Shown here: in pieces, positions 15,279 to 20,894 of the stretch
Layout: each line of letters begins with the position of its first letter
Position numbering within the stretch: the stretch's first letter is position 1
Origin: Candidatus Heimdallarchaeota archaeon
GTDB lineage: Archaea; Asgardarchaeota; Heimdallarchaeia; Hodarchaeales; Hodarchaeaceae
Length of the DNA: 20,894 nt
Assembly (NCBI GenBank): GCA_048881705.1
Contig: JBHLSH010000043.1
Span: forward strand, 1 to 20,894
Direction of reading: 5' to 3'
Translations under genes and position numbers: made by a program
Notes under the pieces: model-generated
What the model saw: the letters and a program-made list of their open reading frames with translations, nothing else
Told to the model about the DNA's origin: nothing
Databases searched by the model: none

Positions 15279-16076
15279 TTGCCCTTGAATAAACCATTAG
15301 CTGTTGGCCGCACTGCGGAAGTCTTTCCGTGGGAAGAAAACCAAATTCTAAAGTTATTTCTGGAAGGGATGTCGTCTGACTGGGTAGAATATGAACTTAA
15401 TGTCTCCAAACTTGTAGAAACCGTTGGATTACAAGTCCCTAAGGTTTTTAAAAGAGTAGAAGTGAACGGGCGGCATGGTATTGTTTACGAACATATTAAA
15501 GGCAGCTCTATGCTTCGGACCATGCAATCAAATCTTTGGAAACTCAAATCCTATGCTCGACAGCTCGCGGAACTCCACATTTCTATTCACGATGTAAGAA
15601 TTTCAGAATTACCTTCCCTAAAGGAGAAATTGGAGAGCAAAATACTAAGTCAAGGTCGTTTGACATTAGGGGAAAAACAAGAGATTGTGAGGATCCTCCA
15701 AGACCTCCCGGACGACAATCGATTGTGTCATGGTGATTTTCATCCCGATAATATCATTCTAACAACCAACGGTCCATTTATCATCGATTGGCTTGATGCG
15801 ACACGAGGGAACCCATTGGCCGACATTGCTCGCACCAATCTCTTACTCAAAATTGCGGTTCCTCCCACTGGATGGATGGTACGATTCCTTATTCGCGTTT
15901 TTCAGTCAAGATTTCAAAAGTACTATCAACGGCATTACTTCCAAATCTCAGATCAGAATCAAGAGCAACTGAAGCATTGGCAACTTCCTGTTGCTGCGGC
16001 TCGCTTAGTTGACAATATTCCCGAGGAAAGGCCTCAGTTATTAGACCTCATTCGATCGCAATTAACGTCATCGTAA
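15279..16076 (+). CDS. APH/choline-kinase-like phosphotransferase
   Basis: LAVGRTAEVF glycine loop, ILKLF, Brenner motif LCHGDFHPDNII, IIDW, GNPLADIART. TTG start with an AGGAG RBS. Confidence 0.93.
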   Translation: MPLNKPLAVGRTAEVFPWEENQILKLFLEGMSSDWVEYELNVSKLVETVGLQVPKVFKRVEVNGRHGIVYEHIKGSSMLRTMQSNLWKLKSYARQLAELHISIHDVRISELPSLKEKLESKILSQGRLTLGEKQEIVRILQDLPDDNRLCHGDFHPDNIILTTNGPFIIDWLDATRGNPLADIARTNLLLKIAVPPTGWMVRFLIRVFQSRFQKYYQRHYFQISDQNQEQLKHWQLPVAAARLVDNIPEERPQLLDLIRSQLTSS

Positions 16077-16229
16077 CCTAACAGTTACGCAAGGCGTGAT
16101 TGATCGGTTGAATATAGCCAAAGGGGTCTTTCCATTGATCTTCATCATTGTTCCACCAAACTTTTCCTCAGGGAGAAACCCAATGTAGGTTCGAGAAATC
16201 ATTGTTTGGCTATGTAAAAGAGGCATATC

Positions 16230-16625
16230 ATGATGAGAGACTTAACCATAAGAGGTAAAGATCGACCCGGTACGCTAGCTGATGCAGGAGACGCACTAGG
16301 CGCCGCTAACATCAATATAGAGGGGATTACTGGATGTCGTTGCGAGGGAAGACGCGAAATCCACCTTTTACTCGAAGGTACAGCTGTAGCGCAGCGTGTA
16401 TTAGAAGAAGTAAATATAGAAGTAATAGAGGAACGAGAAGTTCTTGTGATAGATATTAAGGATCAACCAGGGGAACTAGGAAGAATCACTCGGGATATAG
16501 CTACAGCAGGAGTCAATATAAACTTAGTTTACCTAGCTACAGGTAATCGATTAGTGTTAGGTGTCGATAATCTAGGAAAGGCCAGAGCAACCATCGATAA
16601 ACTTAGGTCAAGTTTTGTAAAATGA
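16230..16625 (+). CDS. Tandem ACT-domain protein
   Basis: Two ACT repeats: KDRPGTLADAGDALGAANINIEG and KDQPGELGRITRDIATAGVNINLVY. Confidence 0.92.
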   Translation: MMRDLTIRGKDRPGTLADAGDALGAANINIEGITGCRCEGRREIHLLLEGTAVAQRVLEEVNIEVIEEREVLVIDIKDQPGELGRITRDIATAGVNINLVYLATGNRLVLGVDNLGKARATIDKLRSSFVK

Positions 16626-16667
16626 AATCTTATCGTTGATAGAACAGTGATATCTGAGGTGTAGCCA

Positions 16668-17336
16668 ACGAAACTCGGTGAATTCACGGAATCTCAAATT
16701 CTAACCTTAGCCAACAAAGCTTACGAGGAAGGGAATGCGCAGTTTCCAATTATCTCGAATAAATCTGCTCTTATTGTTGTGGATATGCAGGAGGAGTTTG
16801 TCAAACCTCACTGGACACCGTTTTGGATTCCAGAAGCAACACGTCAGGTCGACAGAATTAAAACGCTGATCGCATTTTGTAGAGAAAAAGGGCTTCCGAT
16901 CATTTATACTGCGGCCGCATATACGTATTTCCGCAAGGATCGCCCAAGTACTGGCGACTTGATGCCGAATCGGTATCCCGAGCTTGGAATTGAGGATCCC
17001 GTCATCTTCAGAGATGGTCGTATTTGGGCGGATCTGACTCCATTGCCCGAGGATATCATCATCCACAAACCCTCTTACGGGGCGTTTTATGACACTCCAT
17101 TGGAAACCATTCTTCGAAATCAGGGCAAAGATACTATCATCATTTGCGGAACCTTAAGCAATTATTGCTGTGGCATGACAGCGCGGCAGGGGTACGAGAG
17201 AGGTTTCAAAGTTGTTGTGGGAAGTGATGTAACTTCCACTAATGACCCAGACCTGCATGAAGCAGAGCTAAAAGTGTTGAGGGCTGGATTTGCACGGGTC
17301 CTCTCCGCAGATGAAATTATCAAAGCATTGGGATAG
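16668..17336 (+). CDS. Isochorismatase-family cysteine hydrolase (apparent ACG start)
   Basis: Catalytic Asp in SALIVVDMQEEF, Lys in IIHKPSYGAF and Cys in GTLSNYCCGMTAR. The track start at 16779 cuts into the conserved first beta-strand. The frame is open back to TAG 16662, and ACG 16668 lies 6 nt after GAGGTG. Confidence 0.93.
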   Translation, partial: TKLGEFTESQILTLANKAYEEGNAQFPIISNKSALIVVDMQEEFVKPHWTPFWIPEATRQVDRIKTLIAFCREKGLPIIYTAAAYTYFRKDRPSTGDLMPNRYPELGIEDPVIFRDGRIWADLTPLPEDIIIHKPSYGAFYDTPLETILRNQGKDTIIICGTLSNYCCGMTARQGYERGFKVVVGSDVTSTNDPDLHEAELKVLRAGFARVLSADEIIKALG

Positions 17337-17676
17337 TTATTATAGAATTCGGGTGCCCAATTGCATCATATACCCAAATTAATGCATTAAAAACCAATGC
17401 AGCAGTGACCAACTTTAGGTGAATCGTTGGTTCTCCGCGAATGAAATTCAAGTACATCTTTTTGATTTCATTCTAGAGAAATCATTCGGATATCATATTC
17501 AAGCGAACATTCTATTTGTACCTGGGATTCAAGGCGAAGTTATAGCCTATTAGGGAGTTATAGGGGCCGACTTACTACAACCTTCGGTCAGAAATCGCTG
17601 CAGAGGAATCGCATCTTTTGATTTATAGGTGGAAAAAGGAAGACGGCCTCTGCATCAGATCTGTTATTATAGGATT

Positions 17677-18903
17677 TCAGATATATTTTAGGACGGATGT
17701 AGGGTGTTTATTTTTAATATCCCGAAACCAGAAGCAGAGGGGGATTAAAACTAGTAAGACCATTATCCACCATATTAAGGAGACGATCAATGCATCGAAA
17801 ACTCCCGGTTCATATGAAATTTGAGTCCAAACGAATATTGCACCGCTCATATACAATGTTATGTGGACACAATAGAAGAACAGCGCTGTTGCTCCAAATA
17901 GCAGTACTGGTGTCATCATGGATCTAAATCGTGAATTTTCTTGGAAGTAAAATCCTATTGCCAACAATAATAAAATACCCCCTATAGTCCATAAGAGAAA
18001 GGCAATACTTGGAGGGTATTTTGCTATGAGAAAAAAATGTTCAATTGCTAGGCTTTCTGGGTCGAGATAATTCGCTGGCCAGGTTTGAATACCTAATAGA
18101 GCAGCAACTCTTGATACAAAGAAAACTACTAGGCATAATCCCCCAGCGATCCCTAAACGTTCTGCAATTTTCCGATTTGAACTAGAGATTTCTTGTTGTC
18201 GTAATAACCAGCGACCAAAAACTACTCCTAATCCCATCACCCCTATCCATGGTACCAAAGGATAGATTCCATACAATCTCCCTTCATATGTCATGGGATA
18301 AAAAAGGGCAACAGCAAGAAATCTCACGATTTCATTGGTTTCAGTTTCAAATGTAATGATTGGAGATAATAACATAATTGGTGACAACAGGATAATACCT
18401 ATTGAGGTGATTGTAATAACAGAACTAGGTAACCTATGAGCAAATGCAAACGTAATCATTCCTATCCCTATGCAAGCAAGAATACCAAAGTAGAATTGAA
18501 CAGCACCAAAACTGCTGAATAATGTCGATATTAATGTCCATTCAATTAACAGGAGGATGAGTCCGCGAATGATCAGGTGTTGGCTTATGGCATTCTGCGT
18601 ATCACCTTTTTCTTTGCGTTTGAACGTACTCAGTGTAATAGCGGTTCCAGCCAAGAATAGAAAACCTGGAGCACAGTAATGCGTCAGAAACCTAGTCAGA
18701 AAAGTAATGGGATCGGGGTACTCTGGTCGACCCCCTAGAAATCCTTCACCCGCAGCGTGATATGGATTTATTATAGATGCATGATCAAGTGCCATCAGGA
18801 TCATAATTATGCCTCTAACAAAGTCGATTGGAACGAGACGGCCTGACGGCAATGTATTTCGTATTCTGGTTCCTAAGTTAGTCCCGGTTACGGAAGCAGT
18901 CAA
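17677..18903 (-). CDS. DUF1624 / heparan-alpha-glucosaminide N-acetyltransferase (HGSNAT-catalytic)-like membrane acyltransferase
   Basis: RLVPIDFVRGIIMILMALDH, LTHYCAPGFLFLAG, YPLVPWIGVMGLG, KYPPSIAFLLWTIG and ALFFYCVHI; about 10 TM. TTG start with GGGGTGA RBS 7 nt upstream and TTATAAA at 18956-18950. Confidence 0.85.
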   Translation of the reverse strand: MTASVTGTNLGTRIRNTLPSGRLVPIDFVRGIIMILMALDHASIINPYHAAGEGFLGGRPEYPDPITFLTRFLTHYCAPGFLFLAGTAITLSTFKRKEKGDTQNAISQHLIIRGLILLLIEWTLISTLFSSFGAVQFYFGILACIGIGMITFAFAHRLPSSVITITSIGIILLSPIMLLSPIITFETETNEIVRFLAVALFYPMTYEGRLYGIYPLVPWIGVMGLGVVFGRWLLRQQEISSSNRKIAERLGIAGGLCLVVFFVSRVAALLGIQTWPANYLDPESLAIEHFFLIAKYPPSIAFLLWTIGGILLLLAIGFYFQENSRFRSMMTPVLLFGATALFFYCVHITLYMSGAIFVWTQISYEPGVFDALIVSLIWWIMVLLVLIPLCFWFRDIKNKHPTSVLKYI

Positions 18904-19323
18904 TTTTCTATCACCCCAATTTGATTTCCAACGTAATGTACTTTACTCGTTTATAAGCTTTTAGGACATAGTACAATGTTTAGGATATAAAATGAGATGT
19001 AATTGCAGAAATAACTGTCAATTGACCTGCTGCTGGTTTAGGTACTTTCTCCGAAACACCAGCACGGACCTGTCTTACTTAATCTTCCCTATGAATGCAG
19101 TTTACGCGCCAATCATAGCTTCTTTGATCGTGAAGAATAATCCTTCTGATATCTCTTTGTTGAGTTCCCTTCCGTAAACCAGAAAAATCATCCCTCTATG
19201 CGCCCGTTACCTTTATTTTGTATGAATTCTGGGGCAACCTTTAAAAGCGGGATGTTTTTCTCGAGCTGCGCTCTGAGTATGGAGCCATGAGACGATTACG
19301 TAAAGTATAGCCAATGGTTGATC

Positions 19324-20703
19324 ATGATGAAACGAAAATTATTTGTCTTGATACTCCTTTCTGGGCTACTAATACCTATCATTGGGGTATTAACAGTCCC
19401 TATTAGTGGAGTAAATATGCTTCCTCGATTATCTGTGAATACATCCGAGGCAGCAAGAGCGATTGCCAGCGATATAACTCTCGACGAAAATAGTCTTAAG
19501 GCCGAGACTATCTTACCTGAGGCTGTCCCCTTTTGGGTAGATATGGTGGATGCAGATATCGTCCCAAATGATGGTGAAGGGGTTTACATTGCAGTCTTAG
19601 ATTCGGGATTGCTGCCTGTATGGCCTTGGTTGTTCTCTGAAGCTACCATCCGTGATGACCTCGGAAGGGGTTTCAGTCATGATGTCGTATGGAACGACAT
19701 TGCCGGTGACTTTGATTGGGGTCCTCTTAGAGAGGATCGTGGGATCTATACGACTCCCTGGGGTTCTGGTCATGGAACTCATGTAACCAGTACGATTGTT
19801 GGTTACAACTATGGTGGGTTGGCTTGGATTCGTGGCGTAGCTCCTAAAGCATCAATTATTCCTGTCCTCGTTCTCGATTATTGGTGGCTTGACTGTCCTG
19901 ATCCCAACTACCCAGGCTGCTACGATGGCAAAGTTCTTTTCAGAGGCGGCACTGATGAAATGGTCTCCGCGGGCATCAATTATATCGCAGATTTAGCTGC
20001 AGACTTAGATGGTCCAGTCATCATAAGTATGAGTCTAGGTGGACCGACTCCATCCCCAATGATTGAAGAGGCCATCGATTATGCTATCAATCAGGGTGTA
20101 ATTGTTGTCGTTGCGGCTGGTAATTCAGGAGATGCAGGTATGGATTGGCCAGGTGCCTATCCCCAAGTGATATCAGCTGCCATGGGCGGCTGGACCGAGC
20201 AATGGATCGGTTGGGATGAAGGTTATCGCTGGTGGCTTTTTGATGTGGATGAGAATCTTAAATCAAGAGACGCGTGGGGTAACAATCATCAGATTTTTCT
20301 CGATTACTATAGTTCGCGTCCAAACAAAGCCCTTGGCCAAAAATCTTTCCATCTCGATGTCACGACTCCTGGAGCGTCCATAGTCGGGCCTTATCAACCT
20401 ATTGTGAGTTGGAATGGCGAAGAATGGGTACTTGGCGGTGCATCTTATTATTATCTCTGGGGTACCAGTATGGCTACGCCCCACGTTTCAGCGATTGCAT
20501 CCCTAGTTCTCCAAAGTTATCCCGGGTATACTCAATCTAAAATGGAACACACATTAAAAATTGCGGCCTCTGGATTACCTTTGGCTAGTGATGGTGCATT
20601 TGCAATCGACGTTGCCATCTATACGTGGTACTTCACCTGGTCTGGGAGTGATTACGGTTCGGGCTTCCTCCAGGCAGATGCAGCGTTGAAAGCTGCCAGA
20701 TAA
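19324..20703 (+). CDS. Secreted S8 family subtilisin-like serine protease
   Basis: Signal peptide MKRKLFVLILLSGLLIPIIGVL; triad motifs IAVLDSG (D95), HGTHV (H152) and GTSMATPHV (S384); oxyanion-hole motif VAAGNSG (track numbering from 19318). Exact start among 19318, 19324 and 19327 is uncertain. Confidence 0.96.
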   Translation: MMKRKLFVLILLSGLLIPIIGVLTVPISGVNMLPRLSVNTSEAARAIASDITLDENSLKAETILPEAVPFWVDMVDADIVPNDGEGVYIAVLDSGLLPVWPWLFSEATIRDDLGRGFSHDVVWNDIAGDFDWGPLREDRGIYTTPWGSGHGTHVTSTIVGYNYGGLAWIRGVAPKASIIPVLVLDYWWLDCPDPNYPGCYDGKVLFRGGTDEMVSAGINYIADLAADLDGPVIISMSLGGPTPSPMIEEAIDYAINQGVIVVVAAGNSGDAGMDWPGAYPQVISAAMGGWTEQWIGWDEGYRWWLFDVDENLKSRDAWGNNHQIFLDYYSSRPNKALGQKSFHLDVTTPGASIVGPYQPIVSWNGEEWVLGGASYYYLWGTSMATPHVSAIASLVLQSYPGYTQSKMEHTLKIAASGLPLASDGAFAIDVAIYTWYFTWSGSDYGSGFLQADAALKAAR

Positions 20704-20721
20704 ATTAACCAGAGACTCCCA

Positions 20722-20738
20722 TTTTCTCTTTTTTTTTT
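20722..20738 (+). terminator. Oligo-T tract terminator after the right subtilase
   Basis: TTTTCTC followed by T10 (20729-20738), about 20-35 nt after the stop, typical of archaeal intrinsic termination. Confidence 0.6.
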
Positions 20739-20894
20739 CAACTTTGGATGCAGACAGAGCAAAAGACACGCAGCATCTTGGGCTCTTAGAAAAAGTGGAT
20801 ATTACCTAGGCGACTCCTAGATATTTGGGCCGCACCAACATATCCCAGCAAGGATGTTCCATATTTAGCCGAATAGGTGGTATCATTTTGCATC

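Noticed and set aside
17320-17457. 45-aa minus-strand ORF with one hydrophobic stretch (MYLNFIRGEPTIHLKLVTAALVFNALIWVYDAIG...)
   Set aside because: No RBS, overlaps the isochorismatase 3' end and has no identifiable family; it may be a remnant but cannot be supported.
19018-19191. Minus-strand frame MIFLVYGRELNKEISEGLFFTIKEAMIGA*TAFIGKIK*... as a pseudogene or readthrough candidate
   Set aside because: Short, interrupted by two TAA stops (not Sec/Pyl codons), and no recognisable homology.
1-20894. Selenocysteine/pyrrolysine readthrough, CRISPR arrays, tRNA/rRNA, integrases
   Set aside because: The TGA/TAG-terminated genes I checked end at natural family C-termini or hit another stop soon after. 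I saw no regularly spaced repeats, cloverleafs or recombinase motifs on manual reading.

Overview
This is a gene-dense accessory region with about 19 protein-coding genes, most likely archaeal. Evidence for that is TTTA(A/T)(A/T)A-type TATA boxes, including two about 25-27 nt upstream of probable leaderless starts (3133, 7748), GGTGA/GGAGGT ribosome-binding sites and an oligo-T terminator. An Asgard-type (Heimdall/Thor-like) source is my inference from protein style and is not proven. Recognisable enzymes are two S8 subtilases pointing outward at the two ends (the left one runs off the window and is missing from the ORF track), an MDR-family quinone oxidoreductase, a GNAT, a membrane-anchored MBL hydrolase, an M24 Xaa-Pro peptidase, a two-gene GMC (long-chain alcohol oxidase-like) unit, an APH-like kinase, a tandem ACT protein, an isochorismatase-family hydrolase that appears to start at ACG, and a DUF1624/HGSNAT-like membrane protein. 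The most unusual items are: (i) a 533-aa protein combining HTH, polyproline, UBM/WH2-like short motifs, a RanBP2-like C4 zinc finger and a helical C-terminus, preceded by an array of ATGAAC palindromes at its promoter; (ii) a bactofilin-like 17-aa-periodic beta-helix protein with a basic/aromatic tail; (iii) a small protein made of four W-x11-D-x9-P helical repeats; and (iv) a beta-helix ectodomain fused to about 7 TM helices. I saw no rRNA, tRNA, CRISPR array, integrase or transposase. All family assignments come from motif recognition by eye, not database searches.
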